64,000 nt of DNA. Source: Azolla caroliniana (taxonomy: Eukaryota; Plantae; Polypodiophyta). The translations under genes and the position numbers were made by a program. The stretch spans positions 3,596,001-3,660,000 of the forward strand of contig JBHGNT010000006.1 in assembly GCA_043228905.1 (NCBI GenBank), given 5' to 3'. Under the pieces are notes generated by a model, which saw nothing but the letters and a program-made list of their open reading frames with translations, searched no databases and was not told the origin of the DNA. Below are positions 14,601 through 28,100 of this stretch, piece by piece. Position 1 is the stretch's first letter, and every line of letters starts with the position of its first letter.

Positions 14601-15729
14601 ACCTCATCAAGACACTAGATATTGGGACACTTCAAAAAACTCTAATGTTCTTTTTGTTTTGCAAACCTATGGTCAAAAAAAAAAATCAAGAAGAAGAAAA
14701 TGACTGAAAAAGGCAAGAAGAAGATGTGATAAAAATCATCACATCTTCATCAATGTACACTCACTCCATTCATGTCAAGTTGTCTAGTGACTAAAAGTAA
14801 TTAAGAACACACTTTTCAACCTCTTCTTGGACCAAGTGTATATACAATATATACTCAAATCTCAAGAAACAAAACAAACGCTCTCTTTGTTTATCGTCTA
14901 GTGTCTATTTCCTTCTTGTTCCTAGTAAATAAAATCAATGTATGCGTATATATTAACTTATGATAACAAGACTCGAGAGCACCCATGTGCTTCCGTGTGT
15001 GTCAGTAGTAGTTGTTGTAGTATCAGTGCTTTCACTGTGCCTCCTGTGTCTTTCACACATACACTCACTCTCTCTCTTCATTCAACTAAAGATGGAATTC
15101 CCATCATGGCTCAAAGAGAGCATGCTCTGCAACATAAAATCATTACTCACAATTGTTTTTTACTCCCACTATGTGTCACACAAAAAAGAGTAATATCTAT
15201 ATTAACGTCTACTGGAGGCTGAAATCGGCCTACGAGACAAGCATGATTAGAAAAGTTACGGATAATTTACGGCTAGGCAGGATATCCATACCAGAGCAAT
15301 TAAAAATGAAATCTCTATTCATGACAACCCTAGTGTCATGCAATTCTGGGAATGGCTTTCTTGTGGGAGGGTTTTAGTAAGGAAAAAGAAGTGAAGAACT
15401 AGATATGTGAATGCGATGAGCAGTAGCGAGGGGGGCGTGATGACGCCCGACGTTGGTCAAGGCGACTCAAGCAAGAGCGATGGGTGAAGTATGCCAGTGT
15501 GCATTCTGGGGGGGGGGGGGGGGGTTAGGGTGGGAGAGAGACAGAGCGAGGGAGGGTCTAGTTTACATTACGGCCTACCGTAGTATGTACATATATACAA
15601 TCCTGTCTCGTGGTACATTTGGTCGCACCTTGCATCCGACAACACACATTGCATTGTGTTTGTGTGTATGTGTGTCCCTCGCTCTTCTCACTCTAGGCAA
15701 TAGTAAGCATACACAATGGGAGGAAAAGA

Positions 15730-15798
15730 ATAGAGAGAGAGAGAGAGAGAGAGAGAGACTCAATTGAGTGTGTGAGAGTGAGATTGAAGAGTGAGAGT

Positions 15799-15836
<38 letters not shown>

Positions 15837-16045
15837 GAGAGAGATAGATAGATAGAGAGTGTGTGTGTGTGTGAGAGAGTGAGAGTGAGATTGAAGAGTG
15901 AGAGTGAGAGAGAGAGAGATAGAGGGATAGAGATAGAGAGAGAGAGAGAGAGAGGGATAGAGAGAGAGAGATCCTCTGTTCCTCCATCATCTCTTTCTTT
16001 CATTGATTTTCCCTCTTCTTCCTTTTTCACATAATCACACTCACT

Positions 16046-16094
<49 letters not shown>

Positions 16095-16095
16095 A
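15730..16095. repeat. (GA)n/(GT)n tract followed by a complementary (CT)n tract upstream of the kinase (GAGA-element-like)
   Basis: GA-rich 15731-15970 with an internal duplication GAGAGTGAGATTGAAGAGTGAGAGTGAGAG; CT-rich ~16045-16093. Confidence 0.9.
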
Positions 16096-16159
16096 CTGTG
16101 TGCCATGATCTCCATTACTGCTCTATTTCTCTTCCTTATTTAGTTAGCCATCGCTAAGT

Positions 16160-16222
16160 ATGGAGAGGAGCCTGAAGGACCTTCTTCACATTCACAAATC
16201 CGGTAGTAACAGTAGCAGTTAT

Positions 16223-16253
<31 letters not shown>

Positions 16254-18061
16254 TAAGCACCTCATTAGGAGGCGAACAAGATGGCATGATGACCAATGAA
16301 GACATTATTCAGACTCAAGCATTAGCTGCCATGGCTACTACTACTACTATTAGCAGCTGCACTAAATCGGCCCTAAATGTAGCTACCACCAAGCAGCAGC
16401 TTCGCAGCGAGAGTAGCAAGAGTAGCAACCACAGCAAGTCTAGCACTAGCTCTGAGGAGAGCGACCTGAGCAATGAGAGTATGTACAGGAGCTTCGTCAC
16501 CGCCATAAGCAAGCCTCACAAGGCTAACAACGACTCCAGGTGGGAGGCGATCCAAGCCGCACACAGTCGAGAAGGCAAAACTCTGAGCCTGGATAGCTTC
16601 CGCCTCCTCAAGCAACTGGGGAGTGGGGATATCGGAAGCGTTTACCTCGCAGAGCTCAGGGGGAGCAATCCATGTAGCTATTTCGCCATGAAAGTCATGG
16701 ACAAGGGCTCCTTGGCAAGCAGAAAGAAGCTGCTCCGGGCTCAGACCGAGAGAGAGATCTTGCAATGCCTAGATCACCCTTTCTTGCCCTCACTGTATAC
16801 TCATTTCGAGACAGACAAATTCTCCTGTGTAGTCATGGAGTTCTGTTCTGGAGGGGATCTTCACATGCTGAGGCAGAGACAACATGGCAAAAGGTTCAGT
16901 GAAGGAGCTGCAAAGTAAGTCTGTCTGTCTTTTCTTCTTCTTCTTCTTCTTCTTCTTCTTCTTCTTTTCTCTTGTTTTTTTCCCTGGTATGCTATATATA
17001 TATCCAGGTCCTGTTTCTTTTCTGGTGAAGAACTTGGGGTGCTAATGAACACTCTATAATTTAGAAACCCCGCCTTCACATAAACAAGAACTTGCGATTG
17101 TTGTCGGAACTTTCCACGAAATGCATTTGTATTGATAGGTTGATTTGATTTTGATTTTTGATTTTGATTTGTGCAAATGTTCATGTTGAGTAGGTTCTAT
17201 GCCGCGGAGGTGCTCCTCGCTCTCGAGTATCTCCACATGATGGGGGTGATCTATAGGGACTTGAAACCCGAGAATGTGTTGGTGAGAGAAGACGGCCACA
17301 TAATGCTCTCCGATTTCGACCTCTCGTTACAATGTGTCGTCAATCCGACCCTACTCAAGGCACCCACCACAATGGCTACCTCTAGATTGAAAGGGGCGAA
17401 CTATTGCGTACAACCATCATCTTGTTTACTCGAAACCACTAGTTCTTGTGCAATTCCATCGTGTATCCAACCAACTTGCTTTCTACCACGGATACTACCG
17501 TCATTCAAGTTAAAACCTTCAAAGAAAAGGGCTCCCCGAGCCGATGGCATCATTGTAGTTGGGAACCAAATAACGCCGCTGCCCGAGCTTGTCGCCGAGC
17601 CAACATCGGCTCGCTCTCTCTCCTTTGTAGGTACTCATGAGTATCTAGCCCCCGAGATCATCAAAGGAGAAGGGCATGGTAGCGCCGTGGATTGGTGGAC
17701 ATTTGGTATCTTCCTCTACGAACTGCTCTACGGAAGGACCCCATTCAAAGGTGCCGCTAATAGAGCGACTCTCTTCAATGTCATTGGCCAGCCACTTAAG
17801 TTCCCCGATTCGCCAAGTACAAGCTTTGAAGCCAAGGATTTGATAAGAGGATTATTGGTAAAGGATCCACAACATAGGCTAGCATACAAGAAAGGGGCAA
17901 CTGAGATAAAGCAGCACGCATTCTTTGAAGGTGTGAATTGGGCACTTATTCGGAGTATGGTGCCCCCACAAATCCCAAAGCCATTCCAGCTTGACTTCCC
18001 CTCCAGGAAAGCACCTCCTCAATCTTCTTCTACCTCCCACCTTGACTTTGACTTCTTTTGA
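16160..18061 (+). CDS. D6PK: AGCVIII (AGC1, D6PK-like) Ser/Thr kinase; exons 16160-16914 and 17194-18061, 540 aa
   Basis: [51 protein letters not shown], the DFD variant of DFG, a Cys-rich insertion, [12 protein letters not shown] and a C-terminal FDFF. GT-AG intron 16915-17193 at the conserved K/R|FY position. Symbol is at family level only. Confidence 0.95.
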
Positions 18062-21000
18062 GACCTTGACGTTGACTCCTTTGACCTAGGATAGACACAC
18101 TCTCCCCATTGACCTTTCTACTTCTTTGGTTGCTTGGTTGGTTATAAATAGCTACCTACAGTTGTTTGTGTACATTTCTCCTCTTTGTAAAGCAAGTTCA
18201 CTTGCAAGTTTTGTTTCAGGTTTTAGAAAAGCTTGTAAAGTGAATGATCTATTAAGTTTTTAGAAAATCCACCAAGGTATCACAAAATTTGTTTGGCTTC
18301 AGTAATGGAATGGAAATATGTGTGCAACAAAAAGCTTACAAATTTGGACATGTCTCATAGAGAAGTATACGTGTAACAGTGTTAGAGTTAGTTTTAACTA
18401 AAACATACGCCTCCCATGAATGTAACCTATCAATAATCCAAGATTCCATATTGTAAAGCTACACTTAGTGTTAAAGATATATATTATTGGTAGGGTGTAA
18501 AACCATAAGCTTATGAGGTAACTTGGCTTGGGCTTGATTATATTGAGTATGATTGAGCTTGTATGTTCTCCTTGTAGTGTAGCATAACATCATGTTCAAA
18601 TAGTAGGGTCTCAATACAAATACACTTTGTGCAACTTGTGCTCTACTTATATGGTAGGATATACATTCTATGGCTCTTTTGTTACCACTCAAATTGGAGA
18701 AATCATGAGCACTTGCCCATCATGTATATAACATGTTGAGCATGTAGATATGTGGAATAGTGTCGACCCATTGTAGCTCACATGATCCTCTTAAATTTTG
18801 CTTCTTATCACCATCTAAGCCTTGCTTTGAGGGGTACTATACACAATGGAAAGCATCATCGAGTTGTGATACAAAATAACTTGAATAATCAAATTAATAA
18901 ACTTTACTTTGACCCTTTTTTAGTGTCAAACTAATTTGTGTAATCAAATTCGTAAACTTTACCTTGACCTTCTCTACCGTTAGTAACAACTTGCTATTAT
19001 CCATTGTACTTGATCTTCGCACAAGTTCAAAGTCCCAGGAAGAATAAGATGGATAGCCATTTGTATTAAAGTTGAAAAATGTGTTTCTTCTATCTCAAAG
19101 TACAAGACCTTGTGTGGATTAATTAGGTTTAGAGCATATTTCAAACATTATTGTATGCATTAGGGCATTTTGACATAACTTTGCTATACGTTGTGATGAT
19201 GATAACATTCTAATAAAATTGCCTCAAAAGGGAGTGGTGATACCATTCTAATAATAGAGGTTCTTGCTTTTGACAATGTTAGAAAACTAAAGGGATCTAT
19301 TAAAAATATTTAGCTACAATTATGATGGCAGTGATAGCATTCTTATTAATATTAGTTGATTTTCATTCTTTGGGAAGCATTCAAAAGTTCAATTAGAAAG
19401 CATTTGTACCGCTTGATTGATAGCTCATGACTTTTCCACAACTTCCTTGTAATGTGTTGGTTTTATTACGTGATTTATGCTATATTAGATTTCAATATTG
19501 ATACATTTATCATAGGATCCCAAAATCATATTATGTTTACTTTGGAAATCCATGCACACTAGAATTTTATGGATCCTTGCACAAAAAGAAAGTCAAAATC
19601 ATTGAAATTAAAGTAGAGCATGCTTTTCTTCCAGCATTGGCCACCCTTGAGGATAAGTCTTAAGCATTTCTCATTTGGATATTCCATACCCTTTCCAAAA
19701 GACCGAAACAATTTTAGTATGCACCTTCCTGTGCCTATCACTCCAAAATATCTAGAGTCTCCTAATATACACATGCATCCAAAACAATTACAAAACCCAT
19801 CCCAATCTTTAGCCTTTAACCTTCTCCTTCTTTCCTCATAGGTTTAATGTGTCTCCCTCTTTTACAACACCCTCTCCATCCATGTATATGTTCCTTGCCT
19901 TAAATCCCATCACTTTATCTCTTCCATCTTATTTTACTTCCCACAACACTTCACTTTCCATTTTATGAATTGCCCTCCATATAATGGGATTTACGGATTG
20001 TTAACTTCTTTTATTAGATCATTTGAGGGTTTTTATACATTCATCATTTCAATTTACCACCTTGATACTTCGATAAAAATTGGAAATTTGGTGCTCCTTT
20101 TCTCATTGGATGCCTTCCAAACAAGAGTTGCCCACCCTATATGAACATGAGTACACATGTCTACACTGAGGTATTATACCTACATGAAGATGTGCATCTA
20201 TCTTTCAAGGACATATACTTGTTTCAATTGGGCCATACATGTACCAATGTTGAAGAGTTGGCATTCTACAATTTGTATATTGATGACTTACTGCATGTTT
20301 AGATGGATGCTAACATGTGATTGGACAAGTAATTAGAGGATTAAAGAATATTTTTGGATAAGTAATTAGAGGATTAAAGAATGTCGCGAGCGTAGAACAC
20401 ACCACTCCTTCATGCCTGTCTTATTCAGAATACCATTCATGGAGGCAATTGCCCAAGATATCTTATTTCTGTCAGAAATAAAGATACAATTCGTTATCTC
20501 GTAATAGATTAGAAAAACAGTGGCCAAAAGGTATCGCCATCAATTTGAAGAGCCAAAAAAGTTCTAAATCCAATCGCATATCAGATCTACACACAGAATC
20601 AATGCTCAATAACCCAGAAAAAGAACGAAATTTTCTGGCTGATATTTCAGAGGAATAATACTGCATAATGCCTAAAACATTTTCTTTAATTATCAAAACT
20701 TCCATGGACTTAAACATCGAATGCATAATGAAATTTGTCTATGCTACAGAATTTCTTTTGCATCTATTGCATGTCCATAACCCAGGGGAAATGCATTCCA
20801 AGAAATGCCACATATTCCAAATTCTGAACAAATCATACAGAGGAAAAAGAAGAATCCAATCAACATGATCCATTCATGTGTCACATAGAATGAGACAATT
20901 CAAATTGTAAGAATAAATTTAATCACAAGATCTTCATTTACAATATTGCATTTGTATACTTTCATTTACAACTCTCCAGTAATATATAGACCTCAGAATA

Positions 21001-21096
21001 AATCATTTACACTCTAAGAATCACTAACAAATAAAGCATTTACCTATGGTGGGAAACCAAGGATGATCTGGCACCCAGAATTAGCCACACTTGCAA

Positions 21097-21220
21097 TATC
21101 CAGACTCATACAGAAAATGACAAAATGGTTGGAGAGGATGCTTTCAAGGATACAGAAAATAACATCCAGATTCATACAGAAAATAACATAATGGTTGGAG
21201 AGGATGCCTCCAAGGATATC
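21097..21220. repeat. Short tandem duplication (~70 bp)
   Basis: CATACAGAAAAT..CA.AATGGTTGGAGAGGATGC.T.CAAGGATA occurs twice. Confidence 0.8.
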
Positions 21221-22149
21221 TGAGCAAAACAAACAAATTATTGCTAAGCTAGTAATTTAGTAAGTTCAATGCTACTAAGTCATAATATGTTTAGATAACG
21301 TCAAACCAAGGAGTTATAATACACATACCTCTACAATAATATGTATACTGTGACTCTTCAAAAGGATGGCTTCACGTTATGCCGATCAATTTCTTTCCAA
21401 GAAGTGGGACTGATTTACAACACTCAGAGGACAGAGGTAACACACCAATATCGAGCCAAATATGATTAAGATATATTTACATAAGCTGAAACAGCCTCAT
21501 GTATCACTGCATTAAAACTGTATAAGACTCTGTACCTTTGCCGAGATCATTTCAACGATCTCTATCAAATCAGGAGTTATTGTTGGCTTCAGTTCCCAAA
21601 ACGTAAAGAGCATATAATCATAACAAACTCAAATTGAATGTTCAGCTTCGGTTCATAGAAATGTTCAGTAAACAGGATGCTTCTAGACTTCCAAAACGAA
21701 CATGCCACAGCCAAAGGTGTTTGTGATGCTACCATCTCTTCATCTTTTCAAAGGTTGCATATGAGCTGGTAAGATAGATAGTAAATAAATTCTCTACATT
21801 TACCATGAACTTAATCAAATATCATATCAAAAGACTGTCAAATTTTATTTTATTCTTGAATGATGCATTTTGTTGACAATGCCTAATGTAATCACACAGC
21901 GTAACAACTCCAAAACAGATGGATCGGATCGGCAACAATTTCACACACATGACTCTGGTTAATGTGCTGAATACAACAAAACAGTAATAATTAACATTAA
22001 AACATTAAAGCAAATGGTGAACATTAGGAATGAAAACTTCAGATTTCTGAAAAGATGAAGGGAATCGTGATCGGTATCAAAGCATAAAAAACATCATGCA
22101 AGTAAAAAATCTCTAAGTAGCACCTGTATGAGAAGAATTTGCTAAAATC

Positions 22150-25100
22150 CTCAAACGAACCTGAGAATAAATCTTCAATAATGCAATAGATAAATAAAAA
22201 CCTTACATATTGAAAGGGGTTGTCTGAATGGATTTGAAATACTCCGTAACTCCTCGTAAAACATCCTTTGGCATCTCAAACTGATATTCTGGTATCCAAG
22301 ATGTCTGAACATGTGCAATATGATCAGTATTTGACGCATCTCAGAATGGAAATAACATCATGAAAAAATGTCAGATATTAACCTGTGTCATTTTACTCTT
22401 TGCAAGAAGCTTCTGATTTGTAACAATGATGTGTGCCTCATCATCATCCCGTTGCTGAAGCAGCAGTAAATAATCTACTACTTGAAGATGTTTCCTTTCT
22501 TCAGGTTGGCTGGAAGCATGAGCAGATGTCGCTTCATCATTTAACTTGTCCCAAGCTTTCCAATAAAAAGCACAAAGTTCGTGGGTGTCGAGACGTGAGC
22601 ATTCAAGAATTTTCCTAAACCGCTCACAAATGGAATCCATTTCAGCGGATGATATGCCGATACCATCTCCATGAAAATAATCATATAGAAGATTTAATGC
22701 ATGTTCCAAGCAATCACATTGTTCAGTTATCTTGCTGCTGGAGTTTTCAACCCTATTCAAGGCAACCTCTTCCATGCAAAATAATAATGTTGCAGCAGTT
22801 TCCTAACACAGAGGATATGAAGAAGCTCAACTATATATTATACATTCAATAAATACCTATACACTAGAAACACGTATAAGATTCAGGATTTCTCACCAGC
22901 AGAAGAGATTTAAAGACCAGTCGATCGGACCATTCATTTAAAACTTTGAGGTGATCATCAAGGTACGTAGTCAGTATCTGTAGGTCCTCAATAACTAGTG
23001 TCCCTTGTGGTACATACCTCTGTATGAACTTCCGCAATCTTTTTGCTAGCTCTTTCTGTTAATTCTTTTGAAGGGTTATTTCATATACTTATATACTATA
23101 GAGGAGAATTGTTCATTCTAGAATTTTCCAACTAACCTGCATACACTGAACAATAGACCCTGTAACATGATTCAATGAGTCCTTAACTAAACTGTAGATA
23201 TTCTTGAAGAGCTGCCCAACTCTTTGTTCTTCTATTTTTATATCTGAAACCCTATAAACAGATGAAGATACAATATGATCACCATACAACATGGCAAATA
23301 CTTATTCAAAAGAACGAACCAAGGAGGTATCAGCATTAAGTTGAAGTAATTATATGACCTGTTTTTTATAAGAAGACCCTCCGAGCCATTTGTATTTGAA
23401 GACCCTACATAATTCTCCCATTTCTTCATAAGATTAGTCTCAAAAGTACACTGCTCTTGCATCACTGCATGTAGATTGTTTAGCTGCAAACAGACAGTAA
23501 TGCATAACAATTTAAGAAAATGAAAGACAAAAATGACCTACGAGACCAGAAAAGGTATGCTATCAAGTGTCTGATAGATCCCACCCACATAAAGAAGCTA
23601 GAGCTCAAAAATATTTCAGGTTTTTCCACATCTTAGTATTGGGAAATTATCTGGGTTGTGAGATCTCAGATAAATGGTCATCAGTCAAAAATAAAATAAT
23701 TTTGAGACACTATCTTACCATTTACAAATTATCAATAATTCAAGAAATATGTCAAACATCTATGAATTTGGGCAAGTATCCTATGTATGTGAATGATTTA
23801 TGCACAAACAATAAATGTAAAAAAAATCTTACCTTCACACACAATGCCTTTGAGATGCAGATGGGTTTGCCCCCAGAATCTGACTTAAAATTGCTGAAGA
23901 ACTGGTGATATTCTTCAGGAGGGTTATCCGCCAGCTCCTGTAAGCAGAACTTCTCGGTCATCTTGACATAAGTCTCAATAACAGAGAATATAGACTCCTC
24001 AATGTTGAAATAATAATATTTTCCAAATGGGAAATAGGAAAGACGTGTTGTCAGATTTTCAATCACCCCATTGATCATGAAGTAAAGGTCTGTCAAAGTT
24101 CCATACAACTCATAAGAAGCATGCCATTTATCTTGACATGGAAATCAATAGGCACACAGAACTTAACATAGAAAGGAGTAATATGCTAACCAACTACAGA
24201 ACATGAAAAGAAGACGTTCGTTTGAGGAGAAGTAGGTTCCCATTTCTCATCGTTGAGGCTGGAGATAACCCAACTTTATGTACAGTAGACATTGTTTCAA
24301 GTTAGGCAGCATGCTTATTTTCAAAAATTAATGTACAGATAGAAGAAACATAAACCAAAGAGTCATACTCCATCATCTGAGACTTCACTGATGTAATTAA
24401 GTCAAGTATATGTTCATGTAAAAGACCACGCAAATCTAATAGTTCCATATTCATATTGCTCTTCTCCAGCTCGTGGTGGAGCAGTGACATCTCTCTTGTT
24501 AAATCCTGCCACAATATGATTCCAAATTGTACAGGGAAAAGTTTAATTTAATGCTATTCCCACATCTTTAAATTAGAATTTCAAATACCTCAAAGTCGAT
24601 CGCAGAGATCTTCACAGATCCAACAACTCCAATAATATATCGGGAAACCTGCTAAAATGAAGTACTCAATTATCAAAGAACACAATTAACTCAGCCCACA
24701 CACATGTGGACACTTATATTCACCATGCAATACTCACTTATTAATAATAAAAAGATGGATGTAACCTCATGAAAACAAAATCTAATTGAAGATTTCTCAT
24801 TTAGGGCCTAGGCAATGAGTTGAGACACAAAGATTAGCGAGAGCTGGAAAAGAGGAAAGGGGAGAAACGCAGTAGAATATGGGCACGCAAACAGGAAAAT
24901 GTCCAGTTTTGAGTTATGACAGTCCCAGTTCCATGTTGCAAACAGGGGATGACATAGCACCCAGGTGCCAAACATGTAGGTCCTGGGATGCCCCTATGTG
25001 TTCCTGGGCATTCCAGATAGTTGGGACATCTAATGACAATAGTAATTCCAGCCTCGGTCCCTCCATCTCCTATGATTCTGAGCCAAACAAAATTGAAATT

Positions 25101-28100
25101 TGGACAAGCCCAATAATAATTTTATAGCTGGGGATAGCTTTCTACATGAAAAGTTTCAACATGACTTCATATGTTAACTCATCCATACAGAAATGAAGAG
25201 ATCAGAAACAGCTAAAATGGAGCTAAAAAGTACACTCAAAGTAAGAAAAGTCTATTCTAGAAAATAATATACATAACTAAAGAGGTTCTGTGGCAACTCA
25301 TGGTATTAAGTAGACCAAAAATAGTAAAAGGAGTTTTCTCCTATTTTACGGAGAGAGTTCTTAATTTTCGTTATCCCAGTTGTTGAAGAGTCACCACAAA
25401 ATTGTAATCAGGAGGAGTCGCTTCCCTCAAAGAAAATGGTGTTTCCTAGAAAACATGTTATAACAGGTATCACTAGGTATACTTTCTTATAGGTATGATT
25501 TTCCTAATAAAGTAATTACATTTCTAACAATTTTGGTATGTAGTTTTGACTGCATAGATATCATATTTTGTATATGGTATCATTAGCGGCACTAATTCAG
25601 GTTCCATCCAAATCTGGATGAGAATTCTAATCTCCAGTGTGCAAGTAGCATTAGAGAAGGGAAACCTCTGCATAAGCTTCATCAGAAGCATCAAGCCAAA
25701 TAACCCTTAGATTCCACTATATTATGGTGGGATATTCCCTAATACAGAAACAATGTTTTCCCACACCCTTGATGGTAGAGAATCCACTTCATTATTGCAT
25801 GGTGAAACTACACAATTTGGCAACTATCCTTTATATACCTACGAAGCCTGGCTTTGTATCCATGCCATAACCATCCATTTTGTGTGCAGTCCTTTTAATA
25901 ATTTAAAAGTTTTAACAGGTGCCATGCCCAATAAAGCACAATCAGAAAGCTCATCAGGCATAGAGGATATACTATCAATAGTAGCAAGGTATGAGGGGAA
26001 ATAAATTCTAGAAGATAAATAGCTTGTGCAATAAATTCATACACTAACAAAGAGAGTGATAAAAATATTTATACGTGCTACATTATGGCTTGTGATACCT
26101 TCCATACAATGCCTATTATTTACATCAGCTACTTAAAATACTTGAGATTGCAACTGGTATTTGTTTTGATGTTTTGTTTTCACAAATACTCAAATGATAA
26201 GAAAAGAATAAGCTGTGGCATGCTTGAGTATGACAGACACCCATGGTCATGTTAAGCATATAAACACTGCATCGATAAAGGTAAAACGTTATTTCTAGAA
26301 GATTGACATGGGGTGGTCATATCATATCCTCCTAGAGCAAAGGACATTATCAAAAAGAGCATTACATCATAGAGCAGGTGATTGATATATTGAAAAACAA
26401 AAATTATAGGACAAACAAACATAAAGAATACACATATAAAAAATATATTAGTCATACTAATGCTTAAACACCTCTAGAGTCTAGCGAGCAAGATAATGAG
26501 AATAAAAGGTTGCAGCCTGACCAGTTCATAATATTCAGAAGCACAAGTCTGAAATAGGCCAAGGTCTTCTAGAGGTTCCTGTTTACAGCATGTATACAAC
26601 ATACTCAAATCTTTTTGAAGAAATGAAATAGCTTTGCTAAAAGTCCTTGATGTGATCTCCCCACCATTGCTATTTTCTATCAAGTGCTTATTAAACCTTT
26701 GGACACAAGAAACCTGCACAACAAGAATGAAATTGAAGGCATGAGAAATTCTCAACAGCTACTAAAAGTCAATACACATGTCGTATACCTTCATCCATCT
26801 CTTTATGCAAGGGGCGACTCCCTTCACATCAATATCCCAACAAAGTAAAAGAGAGAGAAGCTGGATTAGTTTGGAAAACGCTCCATTCAACTGCTTGAGA
26901 GATGAATTTGATTGGAAGTCCTCTATAGCATCAATAGAAGGCTTGACCAGTACTGAGAATGCAATATTACAAATTTCAGGCATTATCCACGCATAAAATG
27001 AAGTTAACATTTTCTTTTTCTTTTGCATTCACCTACATGAAATGATATTTGAAAGCAACAAATATTCTGATTTTCTCAGCTTTCTTTCTTTTGCTAACTT
27101 GCATATGGGGTGCAGTTCTCGAACCATTATACCCAGGTATTGAGACTCGGGTTGGAATAGTGTTGCCAGATGTTTTAAGAATGTCAAACCACATGTTTCT
27201 CTTCTGATTCTGTAATATGATTCATAGCAGAACAGAATATTTTTCCATGAAGCTTCAAGCTCAAAGTCTCCTGTCAAGAAAGTGCTTCAACACTTTTAGA
27301 CAACATGTTTCCTTCAGTTTGTAATAAGGCTAATATCACAAAAGGATGTTCTTTTGTTTAGCATGAAGCCATAATGGCTAATATACCATTGTGCAATGTT
27401 GAACAACCCTAGACTTTAAATATGATCTTATTACCTTCCAAATGCATTCCATATGCAACCTGTACTAAAGCGTCATATCCCAATTCCAAATCACGTATTG
27501 GGGGATTGAGAAGCTTTTCATCGGGTGCTGGATCACTGCAACATCAAATATAGGTATGTTTAAAATATGACATAGCCAATTAAGCTTTACCAGGGAGAAT
27601 ATCATGCAACTAAATGCATACCTTCATAAGTACAATAATATGTGATAATTTCGGATTATGGAAGTGAGGCAAAAAGAATATACATATATTAGTAGAAGTC
27701 CTCAGAAAAGAGCAAAGGTGTATAAAGAAGAAAAAGATGTAAATGGACATAAGAAGAAACTAGAAATGCAGCCTTCCATTCTATAAAAAATAACCATTCA
27801 CTTTGGTGAAAGACATGAATTTTTAATTAAGCATTTAAGAATGATTATAATATACATACATGCATATACGAATACATGCACATATATATAATCATGTATG
27901 TGTGTTCATATGCAAATATATATGTGCAAATGTTGTTACATGTGCTTATACATATACATACACAGGCAAATACATAGGAAGTCTAAACACATGTATAGAT
28001 ATTTGCAAAGTATACACAGATATTTCCCATCAACTTGCCTGATTGGCTAAATGGGCTATGTTGGTTTCGAACACAGAACAAAAACAAATATTCCTTTGTA

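Noticed and set aside
15575-16096. 173-aa and 76-aa ORFs (poly-ER/SL)
   Set aside because: Translations of GA/CT microsatellites.
16315-17299. Minus-strand ORFs overlapping the kinase
   Set aside because: Antisense shadows of a real coding sequence.
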